Source: Macrostomum lignano (lineage: Eukaryota). Taken from it: 64,000 nucleotides of DNA. The translations under genes were made by a program, and so were the position numbers. Numbering within the stretch: the first letter of the stretch is position 1; every line of letters starts with the position of its first letter. Below, in pieces: positions 12,501 to 24,540 of the stretch. The notes under the pieces were generated by a model. It did not search any database. It was given only the letters and a program-made list of their open reading frames with translations, and had not been told where the DNA came from. Location: the NCBI GenBank assembly GCA_002269645.1, contig NIVC01003430.1, forward strand, positions 1 through 64,000, written 5' to 3'.

Positions 12501-14338
12501 TTCACACTGTTCACTGTTCACTCTTCACACTGTTCACTGTTCACTGTTCACACTGTTCACACTGCTCACTGGTCACACCGTTCACTGTTCACTGTTCATA
12601 CCGTTCACTGTTCACTGTTCACACCGTTCACTGTTCACTGTTCACTCTTCACACTGTTCACACTGTTCATGGGTCCCAGTCAATGACCTGTGTGGGTCAC
12701 AGATCCCAGCTCATGAATCTCTTCCTTTGCACCGCCCCGAAGCGCACCTGATCCCGCAGCTCCAGGTGCCAGACCCGCACGCTGCGGTCCTCCGAGGCGG
12801 ACAGCAGCATGGGGCCGGTGGGATAAAAGTGCAACGCGTTCACCGCGCCGTTGTGCCCGACGAAGACGCAGTGCACCCGGAAGGTGTCGGCCACCCAGGC
12901 CTTGACGCTGCCGTCTTTGGCTCCGGTGCACAGCAGCTTCATCGGGTTGAAGAAGTGCACGGCGCTGATGGCGTCCGAGTGCAGGTCGCGGTGCACGGCC
13001 GCGCACTGGCCCTGCTGCAGCAGCAGCACATGGACGCTGCGGTCCATGGCGCAGAAGGCGCGCTGCCGCTTGGCCGCTGTGTCCTCCAGTGCCACCAGGC
13101 TGAAGCCGCGGTCAGCTGGCAGGCCGGCCTGCAGGCGCCGCCGAGGCAGGAGGTGCCGATTGCCGAAGCGGAACACCCAGCTGGTGATCTGGCCGGGCTC
13201 GAAGCTCAGCACCTCCTCCTTGTTGCCGTTGTAGAGCACCTGCGGATTGAATTTAAAGCAGAGGGGGCGCCAGCTACAGAGGGGATGCCAGCTACAGAGG
13301 GGTGCCAGCTACAGAGGGGTGCCAGCTACAGAGGGGGCGCCAGCTACAGAGGGGTGCCAGCTACAGAGGAGGCGCCAGCTACAGAGGGGGCGCCAGCTAC
13401 AGAGGGGTGCCAGCTACAGAGGAGGCGCCAGCTACAGAGGGGGCGCCAGCTACAGAGGGGTGCCAGCTACAGAGGAGGCGCCAGCTACAGAGGGGTGCCA
13501 GCTACAGAGGGGTGCCAACTACAGAGGGGCGCCAGCTACAGAGGGGTGCCAGCTACAGAGGGGTGCCAGCTACAGAGGGGTGCCAGCTACAGAGGGGTGC
13601 CAGCTACAGAGGAACGTATTCTTTGCATTACTTATTTGCCTATTTAGCAATAGCATTTTAAGATCGGTCCATGCAAGCAACATTTTCGGCTTTCTAAAGA
13701 AGTCCTCGTTGGTGTTGTTAAACGGGGTGCCTAGCAGTGCTCGTTGGTGAAAACCAGTTCAAAAAAAAATAAAATAAGCGAAAACAGTTTGTCTACTAAC
13801 AGTAGTGCTAATAGGCAAGCAACCGCTATTGGATTAAATTACAATAGAAAACATTCGGCTCTCAAACCTGAGTCAGCGGCGCTTCGGTGATGGCTTCGGT
13901 CAGAACGGCGAACTCGCCGCTGAGGTTAATCAGCGTTCGGCCGCCCTCCGTCCAGCCGACGAACTGGCCGACGTGGCTGGCGTAGGCCAGCCGGGCGATC
14001 GGCTTGGGCGGCGCCACCACGTCGGCCAGGCGGCCCTCGGAGTCGTAGAAGCGGAGGAAGGCGCCGTCCAGCGTCAGCAGAGGATTCGGCAGCTGCGGCA
14101 GCAGCAGAAAGTCGGTGATTGGCTGGGCGTGGCTCAGGCTGCGGCCAGGCACGATGCCGTGTGACACGAACAAGTTCAGTGCGTCCTCCTTCATGATGTC
14201 GTCCGAGACGCTCTTGACGCAGTTGCGCAGCACCCGCCAGCGGTATTCGACGGCCGACTCGCCGTTGATCATGCGGGGCTTCTTGGGCCGATCGAGCAGG
14301 CTGTGCCGCTCCAGCAGGTCCTCCACCACGTGGCTCAT
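6516..14338 (-). CDS. WDR97: WD repeat-containing protein 97-like, 9 exons, 1543 aa
   Basis: Exons 14338-13868, 13239-12748, 12020-11697, 11234-10761, 10633-9993, 9510-9003, 8620-8174, 8014-7557, 7332-6516. All GT-AG and phase-compatible; total 4632 nt. Blocks IRVWRVFPFVREAL, SATYSVVTYDL, DHSPEDDHLDKLTG and AFCSDTGDLLLGIG match my recollection of WDR97. Confidence 0.88.
7389..7458. repeat. 33-bp tandem duplication in WDR97 intron 8
   Basis: CTGATGGATATTGTGGCTTTACCTGAAGCTTGC twice. Confidence 0.9.
9570..9630. repeat. (GTGAACA)n heptamer repeat in WDR97 intron 5
   Basis: About 9 copies; reverse complement of the intron-2 repeat motif. Confidence 0.92.
11448..11562. repeat. 39-bp tandem repeat x3 in WDR97 intron 3
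   Basis: GCTGCAGTTCACTCCGCAGTGATAGGGTGGCAGCTCTGA repeated. Confidence 0.9.
12042..12670. repeat. (CACTGTT)/(CACACTGTT) mixed 7/9-mer repeat in WDR97 intron 2
   Basis: Direct reading; about 630 bp. Confidence 0.96.
13259..13612. repeat. 17/18-bp minisatellite (GGGGGCGCCAGCTACAGA) in WDR97 intron 1
   Basis: About 20 copies. Confidence 0.95.
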
Positions 14339-16228
14339 GGCGAGGCATGCATTAATTTTATATTAATATTATATTTATAAGATTTTTAAGAAATAATTTC
14401 ATAATGGCACTCTACGAGTATAAATAAGAGAATCAGCTTAATATATCCATATACTAATGATAAAGCTTATTATATTTAGACAATGATTTTTTGTATTATT
14501 AAATCAAAGTTTTTCAGCTGGCTGCATATATAACGAAAATCTTTATAAATATGTATAAAGAAAAAAATTTCAGAAGTCATTTTTATATTAAACCTTTTTT
14601 AAGTTAAATTGCTATTTAACTTAATTATAATTATAAAAATCATAATTGTTTTTATTTATAATTATAAAAATCTATTACGGCAAGCTATTCATACTCAAAT
14701 AAACAATAAAAGAAGCTTTAAAAAGGGTATGAGTACTAAATAAAGAAATAATTTATTTATAAAATATAAAGTTATATTTTAAATTCTGTGGTCATTCATG
14801 GTGGCAGAAAAAAAGAGCTTTTAAAAAAATTTTTGAATTTAAGAAAGAAGAAAAAATATACCAGAAAATCAGAAACTAAGCTACTGTAGTTTTTTGAATT
14901 GGAGCTAAAAAATAAAGCGTAGAGATTCACTGATGAGTTATGACCTGCTAATGACCAATGCAGAACCTGTGATCAACAGTAAAGTTCACAAAGTTGAAAA
15001 AATTATAAAGGCAAATAATTGTGCAGCACTTGTAGCCAGCATGTTAAATACATACAAAACTGTCACACTCTAGCAATGCTGGTAAATGTAAATAGGTAAA
15101 TAGCAAATACGAGCATACATAAGTTACATCATAATGGCTATTAGTATATATTGAAAATTCAATATATGCGAATTACTGAGTGTGCATTATATAGAAGACC
15201 TAAAAATTGTTATGGCAAGCTATTCATACTCAAATAAACAATAACAAAAGCTTTAAAAAGGGTATGAAAAAGGGAATACTGCTAAACTATTTGCATCTAG
15301 ATGATGTGATGTTTGACCTTTGTATATTTTAGGATCCAAGAATACTTCACTCAAATTTTGAATACTAATTAAGGCAAGATTCATTCCAACACAAGAAAAG
15401 CATTCCAACACATTTATACTAAACAAGCCTGTCTATGATGGACAATGACGGTTATTATCAGTACTGCACAATATGTCCAGATCATAAATTATTCTTTGGA
15501 GAAATTGAAATCAAACCATTTGCTTGGGTAGCAACGGCGCAAATGTCGTTAAAAACGAAGACATTCGTATGTGCAATACACACTGGAAGTCCTGCAAAAA
15601 ACCCTTTCTCTTGATAAAGAAAAGAACCTTCTTTACTCTGGATAAAATCCTGATTTTTATGGCAGAAATCAGAGAAAACCTTGCTTTAATATACAGTTCT
15701 GCTCACTATACCCTGTATACTCAATGAGTTACGAGTACAATTGTTCTGCCGTTCTGCCGTATCTGCCGTTCCTACTCTGATGAGGTGGTCACAACTATGT
15801 TTCTAATTTCACAGCCAGAATTTAAAACAAAAAAATTGTGATTTTTCTAAATATACGAGTACGAGTATTTAGTAAATTAACTTACGTCAGCTAATTAACT
15901 CACGCCATAAAAGTTGGACTATTGCTCATACATAAATGCTTCCGAAATCCTATACCTACAATTTTAATCTGAAATTTCTACCTCGCAGGCGATCATCTTT
16001 GGTTTTAATATACGTCGCTTGGTCTACTTGCGCTACATGTACATGCAACTGTACGACATACTGTTTCCGACGTACAGTAATTTAATTAGCTCGTATCAAT
16101 ATATATAATGCATTATGTATAATGGCAATGCCCTCAATTTAAGCATTAGGAATGACGTGGTGGGCCATGCCTGCAATTTGAAGTACAGTATATCCGACGC
16201 AGTTCCATTTTCTAAATGTTTTAGTGTT

Positions 16229-16305
16229 AAATGTTTAAATGTTAAAATGTTAAATGTTAAATGTTAAATGTTAAATGTTAAATGTTAAATTTTAAATGTT
16301 AAATG
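16229..16305. repeat. (AAATGTT)n microsatellite
   Basis: About 10 copies. Confidence 0.92.
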
Positions 16306-16321
16306 TTTTTCTAAATGTTCT

Positions 16322-17074
16322 CCCCTGCATCCAGTAATGATAACGCACTATAGCTAGTCCACACATTCAGTGCAGTGGGGATTTTTCGAGTACAGCGCGT
16401 CATTCTACTTCATTTCTCTGTGCACGTAAGCCCCCGTTTAATCAGTGCAGCTGCCGCATACGCATAATGATAACCCCTGCATCCAGTAATGATAACGCAC
16501 TATAGCTAGTCCACACATTCAGTGCAGTGGAGATTTTTCGAGTGCAGCGCGTCATTCTACTTCATTTCTCTGTGCACGTAAGCCCCCGTTTAATCAGTGC
16601 AGCTGCCGCATACGCATAATGATAACCCCTGCATCCAGTAATGATAACGCACTATAGCTAGTCCACACATTCAGTGCAGTGGAGATTTTTCGAGTGCAGC
16701 GCGTCATTCTACTTCATTTCTCTGTGCACGTAAGCCCCCGTTTAATCAGTGCAGCTGCCGCATACGCATAATGATAACCCCTGCATCCAGTAATGATAAC
16801 GCACTATAGCTAGTCCACACATTCAGTGCAGTGGAGATTTTTCGAGTGCAGCGCGTCATTCTACTTCATTTCTCTGTGCACGTAAGCTCCCGTTTAATCA
16901 GTGCAGCTGCCGCATACGCATAATGATAACCCCTGCATCCAGTAATGATAACGCACTATAGCTAGTCCACACATTCAGTGCAGTGGAGATTTTTCGAGTG
17001 CAGCGCGTCATTCTACTTCATTTCTCTGTGCACGTAAGCCCCCGTTTAATCAGTGCAGCTGCCGCATACGCATA
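16322..17074. repeat. 152-bp tandem satellite, about 5 near-identical copies
   Basis: Units start at 16322, 16474, 16626, 16778, 16930. Confidence 0.97.
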
Positions 17075-19021
17075 ATAAATGAACTATGCAAGACTTAAAA
17101 TGATTTTTATAGACTCCCACAACAGTAGCGGACGAGCTCGTAAAGCCCCAAGCTATCCGGCTTCAAGTAGCTGATAGCAAATGCTACGCAATTTCATGCT
17201 TATTCACTTTTTTATGCTCAGTTATACAGCAGTTGCCTGATCTTCAGTTTTCCTCTGATAGTGTCAAATGTAATTGAAAAGAATGCGTGATATGGATCCG
17301 AGCTGCACACTTTTACACAAGGCGTAGAATCGCAGAAAATTCAATGGTAGATAGCAGTCCCTTCTGCTGGACAGCAACGGTTTCTGTACTTGATTTGGGA
17401 AGCAGGAAGGCAGAAAGAGCAACTATTCCTCTATTATCCCACTTAGGCTGAGTGAGATGCAGAGAAGGGAAATATCAATGATTCTACAACCATGCACTGC
17501 GTCATTTCTTTTAAAAATCCTGTTTCAGCAGTTCCTAAAACTCGCTGATAAAAATAATGCATGCATAGTTACTGATGATAGTTACTGCGCTGGAAACATC
17601 GAAGCTCTTGCACTCGACCATCAAGTGGCCAGTAAAGTAATCTTGGCCGAGTTCCAATTCAATTTGGTTTGAATTTCACGGTAGACTTGCAGCCGATAAA
17701 ACTCGTATTCTGTGCAAACTTTCATGATTCGAAGATCGGAAGATTCTACGCTTCGATAAAAAAGTTCGAATTAACTGACAAGTGTTCCGGGAACTTTGAC
17801 GGAAAACCAAGATGGCTGTTCCGGATGGATGGCGCGGTCTGCTGTCGGGTGTAGAGTTTATTTTTGCCGTGGGCAACCACCCTGTAAGGCGCTTTATTAA
17901 CTTGCATGTGCGTCATTACTGGCGGTTACTGATGAAGACTAAACGAAGCAGTCGCTTCCCAATGCTCAGCGGGGATGCCAGACAGTCACAGATGGCCAGT
18001 GGTGGCGCCGTGTCGCCCGGAACTCTAGCGGGTCATCCGTTTGTCAGCCAAATTGGTTGTGACTTCGGCTCTACAGTTGCACTGGGCGGCTTGTGTAAAC
18101 ATCTGTAATGCTGCATCGTGGATGAACCGGCGCGATGATCTTCAACCATCAAAGTCTTCAGAGCACGGCTCTGGCGATTGGCGGGACGAAGAAGCTGCTT
18201 TTTTCCTGGTCTGCCCCTTCGGATTTCATCCGTCTGTCTCCCACCGGGGCTGTCAAATGTCGGGTTCACTTTAAACCTGCAGCCGGAGGATCGGATGCGC
18301 CAGCTGCAGCTGAAGCACCGTGGTAAGGGGGCTCAGTGTGATCTGGGAGGTCTAGTAGCTCTTTGCCTTTCTTTCCCTTATCGAAATGGCCAAAAGCCAC
18401 GCACAGGAATTAAATGACCCCTTAAGAGATTTTTCTGGACAGCGCGGAACACTTCTCGCTCTGCGAGAGGGGAGTCTTCGAAAGAAATTTAGAAGTGGTT
18501 TGAGGTCAGAGTGGGGTCCGGAATTATCGAGCGGCTTAATCAAATCAGCGCATTGATCTCTTCTTCGCGCGCTCACCCCTAACGAAGGGCCTGGCAGCCA
18601 CTTGTCTGACGGTCTCGGCAGGCGGTAGGCAGAAATTCGAGCAGGCGCAGGCCAGAGGCTCGGTGGGGCGGCCACCTGCTGGCTGCTGTTTGCGGCAGGC
18701 CTTGGAGTTTTCGGGCTGGGCAAGTTTTCTGTGGAATCCGCCCAGCTGTACCCTCAAGGCCTCCGCTGCCAACATAATCTAAATCTAACGGCTGCCTGTG
18801 TGCAACTGCAGTGCGTTCGACCCGTTAACGTGTGATAATTAAACCCGATAATCAAACTTCGGTACGGAAATCGGCTGCCCTGATCTACCCTGCCGTTGGA
18901 CCCTCGCTGGCAGCCAGGAATAAGATATTAAGGACTCTGATGGCTTGGGAGCAGAACTGTAGAGACAATTTGTATCAAAAGTTTTTTGACAAATGCAAGT
19001 AAAGTGGATGCAGCGTTTCGA

Positions 19022-19352
19022 AGACAGCTGGGTCTAGTGGTCTGGCGTTCTGATGTGCCAGAGGCCCAGGCTCGATTCCAAATGCAGTCACATTAATTTG
19101 GGCTAGGTCTGTTCGCAAATTAACGGTCTTGAGGCCCAACCCCCCAGGCACAGTGAAGTGTACATGCATAACGATAAAAAAATAGGGCCACTGTACACTC
19201 CTGTGTGAGTGTGTACCTGCGCAAATGACTGCATACGTTTCCGTGCGCTTCTGTGCCTGTTTAGGGGAGTCGGTGAAATGGGCAGTAATGCGTCTCACCG
19301 GCTATGTGACAATGTCGCTTAAAGTGCGCCAGGGTGCAGACAGCCTTTAATA
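19022..19352 (+). mobile_element. Putative tRNA-derived SINE (family 2)
   Basis: A-box-like TCTAGTGGTCT and B-box-like GGCTCGATTCC. Head and tail (GTGACAATGTCGCTTAAAGTGCGCCAG) recur inverted at 24425-24540. Confidence 0.5.
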
Positions 19353-20579
19353 AGAAAAATTCGAAGACGGGTGGGGCCCCATCGAAGATGCTGCGCGTAG
19401 TGGGTCTCCCCGAACAGCAACTACGCAAACAAACTAATCGTGCATTGTCTGTAGCAGGCGCTGGGTGCAAATCGACGAGTGCGCCCGAGAACAGCTCAAG
19501 TACATCTAGTCGTGGATCAGCTGGGAATGACACGCTCGTTGCTAGCTGGGTGCCAAAACTGCTGACAGAAGTGCAGACGCAAGATGCGCACCTGTCGAGA
19601 AACTGTGGGCACCATCGGACACTTGGGATGCCACAATATTTGCCAGGCCTGGCTCCCAGAGATTACTGGCTGCTCTTAGGATAAGGGAACCACTGGTTGG
19701 GAAATTCTACCTCATCAAACTGCTGGTTTTGGGCCAAGCTGGTGACCGTCGCTCTCAGAATTCCTCGGGTTTTTTCGCTCGTAAGTCCATTTGCACTGAT
19801 TAAAAGCAATGCACTGTTGCACTAGAAATGTTTGTTCCCAGAGCCATCAAATGGGCTACCAAATCACACTACTGATGCATAAAGCGACGAGAAGTGATGT
19901 ACAAACGGCCTGATCAGGCAAAAATTGACCCTTATTTGATGGCGGCGTGAACCGGGCCTAACGCTCCCTGCTTGAAATCGGCCGTAACTACTTGAAAAAT
20001 AAAACGACTCTGCAGGCCAGAATGACAGTTTTTTTACTTTATACGAGTGTTTTAATGAAATCGTGACTCTGGAAGCCCCCCACATCCCTCATTATGCTCG
20101 TTAACTCTCAACCAAACACGCACCAAGAGAAGGGAAATGCCGCCCATGAGTAGTAAGTACAGTTGGCGAGGTTACACACAGCAGAGGGTTTGCAGACGTT
20201 CGAAAACCATCATGGGCCAATCCAAGGAATCCTTGAACTACGTATAGAACTGGATTCTAAATATAAGCATGGGGCCGCATGTGTAGACCGGATTGGAAGC
20301 TTGGACAAAGCGGTGTCATTGGCTCAGGGTGTGCACTTGGGTTAGGGCTGTGCGCATGCTATAAATGCTACCAGAGGAAGCCGCACTGATAATGCTGGCA
20401 GACTTATGTAACTTAAAGGCTAATTATTTAGGATATAGAAATCTGCCCTCCGGCCTTCCTACTTATTTTGAACTGACCCAGTTGTTCAGTCCAGTCGCAA
20501 ATTTGATTCGACAGCCACCGGGAATTCGAACTAGCCAAGCAAAGTTCAAACAAGACGACAGTCACTTGTTTGCCCAAGA

Positions 20580-23072
20580 ATGCAGCCAATCCCTCTGTTA
20601 CTTGGCACCCTGGTTACAGTTGCATTCGCTAGCAGTGACTGGAACTCAAATTTCGACGAGAGACTTGTAACGCACGCAAGAAACGACGCCGGTTACGCTC
20701 AGCAGCCCGACGATGTGACGGTGCTGGTGCCACGACCCGGAGCTGGACGGTTCGTTGGATTCCTTACCGGAGTGTCGCAATTTCTGAACGAAATGACGGG
20801 TGACCCGGCCAAGAATGTTTCCGCATTCCTGGGCATCCCGTACGCTGCCAAGCCAACAGGCAAGCTGCGCTTTCGTCTGCCACGGCCGGCCTACTTGGAC
20901 TCCCGAGGACGCTGGTTAGCACGTCGCTATGGCAACGCGTGCCTACAGGGCTCCTATCGCTTTCGCATGGAGGCGCTCAACCTCTCCTTGGACCAGTTCT
21001 CGGAAGATTGCCTGTACCTAAATTTGTTTGTACCTGAAAACGCAAGCGAAGCATCGCAGGCGAAACTACATGTACCTGTGCTACTGAATATCCACGGCGG
21101 AACTCTTCTCGTTGGTGGACCTCACGGCTACCCAGGCCAAGTGCTGGCCTCCAAGGGAATCGTCATGGCAACGCTCTCCTACCGGTTGAATATATTTGGT
21201 TTGATTTCGACTGGGACCTACTCAGCGCCTGGCAACCTCGCTCTGTGGGACCAGCGTGCGGCTCTCATGTGGATTCGCGATAACGTTGAGTTCTTCGGTG
21301 GCGATCCAGGCCGCGTGACCCTGAGCGGGGAGAGCGCCGGCGGCTCGTCAGTCGGACTTCACATTGTGTCCAACGGTCGATTTCTGAACGGCGGCCGACC
21401 GCTGTTTCACCAGGCGGTGCTCATGAGCGGTGCCGACATCGCTAATTGGGCCGTGTCGAGACCTGTCATCGGTGACCATGAGGGCTCCATCGATTATATT
21501 GCTGGCTTTGTCGGCTGTTCCAGGTCTTCATTAGCCGCCACAATGAGCTGCCTTGCCAGCGTATCCGCCTACGAGATTGACAAATGGAGCTTAAAGCGCC
21601 GGGAGGATACCACTGAGCCTGAATGGCTCTGGGCTCCTGTAGTCGACGGTGTCCTCATCGGTGATATTCCGCTGGTGCTGCGAAAGAATGGCGATTTCAT
21701 GAAACTGCCCATCATGGGAGGCTGTACCAGAGATGACACTGTGAGAAGCGACCTTATAGAGGAGGAAAGCGTTCGAAGCATCCTCTTTGACGAACTCACG
21801 AAAAGGGGCACTAAAATGGTGAGACATTGGTTCCCTAGCTGATATTGGGTTCAGTACCAGCAGCTTTCCACTAGCTGACAGGCCGGTAACCTCCGGCCCG
21901 CTGGCCACATGCTGACCACAAAGCCTCTCTACCCGGCCCTCGGGTCCTTTGAAAATTCACAAAAGCATCCGGCCCGCTCCATGTTTGTCTCTCTTCTCAA
22001 CTCCCTTCTCTCTCTAATCCCCTCTCTCCTCTCTCTCATTTCCTCTTCTCTCTTTTCTCTAATCTCCTTTTCTTCTCTCCTCTCTCATCTCCTCCTTTTC
22101 TCTTCTCTTCTCTCCTATCCTCTCCCTTCTCTCCTCTACCTCTCTCCATTCCTCTCTCATTTCCTCTCTCCCCTTCTCTCTCTTCTCTCCTTTCCCCCTT
22201 CGACTCCATCTCTCCTCCCGTCTCCTCTTTTCTCCTTTATTCCTCGCCTCCCTTCTCCTATCTCTCTTCCCTCTCATTTCTCCCCTCCTCTGGCCCGCAG
22301 TCATGAGCTGGGTTCTCTATCTGGGCTTTGAGGTAAAAAAGTTTGCCGACCTCTGCACAAGCAGAAATTTGACGTCCCGCAGATTCCCGGCATAGAGGCC
22401 ATAGTTGAAGAAGCCATCAAGGTTTACCTGCAAGGCAAGCGAAGCGCCAGCAGCCGGGCAGAGATGGTCCAGCTGATGAAGAATGTGACGCGGGACTACG
22501 AAATGATCCAGCCGGTGTACCAGGCGCTGCGTTTCCACGCCAATCGGCAAGACTCTCGACAGCCCGTCTTCCTGTACGAATTCGGGTACGAAAAGCGGTT
22601 TCAGTGGCCGCCTGAAGTCAGGCACGGCGACGACTTGGACTACATTTTAGGAGTGCCGTTTGTCTCGTCCGACTGGTGGCAGCGCATCAGCGGCGAGGCG
22701 GATCTCGACAAATTCAATAAGTTCAACACGACCGAGCAGCGGCGCCTGAGCGACTTCATGACGACGCTGTGGACAAACTTTGTGAAATTCGGCAACCCGA
22801 CGCCAACGCCGGTGCGTGGCTTCAAGTGGGATCGCTTGACGCCCCGCAGCAACTCGGAATCGCCCGTCCCTTGCGCCATGCTCAACTTGCCAGAGCTCAC
22901 CAGCGTAACACCTGACTACAAGCGCAAGGAGATGCAGCTGTGGAAGAGGTTCTATGACCTTGAGCTGCAGTACGTGCTTCAGCTGAGCAGTGGAGAGTCG
23001 TCGGGCGCTACTTCCGCTGTCCTGCTGGCGATTGGGTCTGCAGCTGCCCTGCTGGCCAGACTGCTTGCCTGA
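20580..23072 (+). CDS. Secreted type-B carboxylesterase (cholinesterase/neuroligin fold), probably GPI-anchored, ~642 aa
   Basis: Signal peptide MQPIPLLLGTLVTVAFA, SEDCLYLN, HGG oxyanion motif, GESAGG nucleophile, GCTRDD, HGDDLDYILG, hydrophobic C-terminal tail. Simplest intact model: exons 20580-21818 and 22383-23072 (phase 0). Alternative acceptors at 22300 and 22364. Confidence 0.85.
21985..22290. repeat. Pyrimidine (CT)-rich low-complexity tract in the carboxylesterase intron
   Basis: About 300 bp almost entirely C/T. Confidence 0.9.
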
Positions 23073-23917
23073 GACAGCCGGCCAGAGGTCAGGCGAGCTG
23101 CACTGCAACTTCAATTGCGCAAAAGTTTCTATAGAAATGTTCAGTTCTGTGCATATCTGTGCTGCTCTGGTGCCTTGCACAATTATGATACTTCCTAGCG
23201 CAAATTTAGCGGCTTTTTCAATTTTTTATAGAAAATTATCCACCAAAAGGCTTAACAACCAAACAGAAAACAGACTGAAACAGTTGCTCGTTGCAGCAGC
23301 ACCGCGCCTGTCGGAACGGTTCAAGTGCATCGAAATGCAGCATTGCGGTTCGACTCTGTGCCTTATTCTGTCAATGGGAAAATTTCAATGCTGACGACGT
23401 GAAACTTGAGCCCCAAACTGGCTGTGCAATATGCCATCCAAGAATAAAATCGGGGGTAATAAATATTGGGATTTAAAAAAACGCATAAAAAAATTATCCC
23501 ACTGAGAAACAATAAAATCCAACCAGGTCGAACCCACGCAGGTATACATCAAACACGGAGTTCTATAAATGCAGGATCTAGGTCGTGTATCAAACTTTGG
23601 CGAACCGCAAGCTGTAGTTATGCGATCGTAAAACGACCCCCCGCACGCAAGCGGAAATATTGAAGAAGACTTATCTTGATTTGCAACTGGATCTGGTCAA
23701 GAAACTGAGTTAAAACTATTTCTTCCAGCACCATCTGGGGCAAAAATGAATGCTCCCAGCAAAACTCAACCAGGCTCGAATTGGGTCTAAGCGTCAAGTA
23801 ATCAACACACGCTCCACACGCTACACACGATATCCGTGGGGAAGCAGCGCCAACCAGACCTCCACTGTCCCATAGAGCACAGAATAGCTAGAGAGCTGGC
23901 TAGTTTGCGAGACTACA

Positions 23918-23992
23918 ATCATGGGAGGCTGTACCAGAGATGACACTGTGAGAAGCGACTTTATAGAGGAGGAAAGCGTTCGAAGCATCCTC
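23918..23992 (+). repeat. 75-bp direct copy of carboxylesterase coding sequence 21711-21785
   Basis: 74 of 75 identical (GACCTT vs GACTTT). Confidence 0.93.
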
Positions 23993-24424
23993 GCGGCAGT
24001 CTCAGACGATTGCAACAGATAGCCAGGTGTCAGTGCTGGCAACACGGATGGTCAGGTGTTAGTGCTGACGTCAGGATATAGCCAGACAGGTGCTGTAGTA
24101 ACACTAGCTGCGTCCTGCCGAACTCGTTCGTTTTTCCGTACTTGGAAATAAACAACAGACAGCAAACTTCGCAGCACAGGCGGATCAACGCGATTCACTG
24201 GCAGCAGGCTGGACTTCCTGAACATCTCGACTGCAAAAGGTTCAAAGCAGAAAACCTGATGGCACAGTCTCATCAGGAGATCTAGCGACACTTGCAGCAA
24301 TTGCGACTCGGTTCCGCCCCGAGCTCATGCTTTGGTACCCTGAGGCAGCATTTGAAAAGCAGGTGCAGCAGTGGGTGCTTGGTCAGGTCGGGTGTTCTCA
24401 CAAGATCTAAATCTGACATTTTAG

Positions 24425-24540
24425 ATTAAAGGCAGGGGCTGTGTGCAAACTACTGGCGCACTTAAAGTGACAATTGTCACACCCCAAAATGACTGCATTT
24501 CGCCGCTTGCACATCAGAGCGTCGCACTAGACCACTAGGC
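24425..24540 (-). mobile_element. Internally deleted copy of SINE family 2
   Basis: Reverse complement aligns by eye to the head (19033-19100) and tail (19305-19352) of the 19022 element. Confidence 0.45.

Noticed and set aside
11423-13750. Plus-strand ORFs of 167-442 aa
   Set aside because: Antisense shadows of GC-rich WDR97 exons plus intronic repeats.
17100-19000. Scattered 60-120 aa ORFs; possible decayed element
   Set aside because: No recognisable motif, splice logic or terminal repeats.
21819-22382. Frameshifted or pseudogenised carboxylesterase
   Set aside because: A single phase-0 intron (21819-22382) restores an intact frame with the expected motif spacing.
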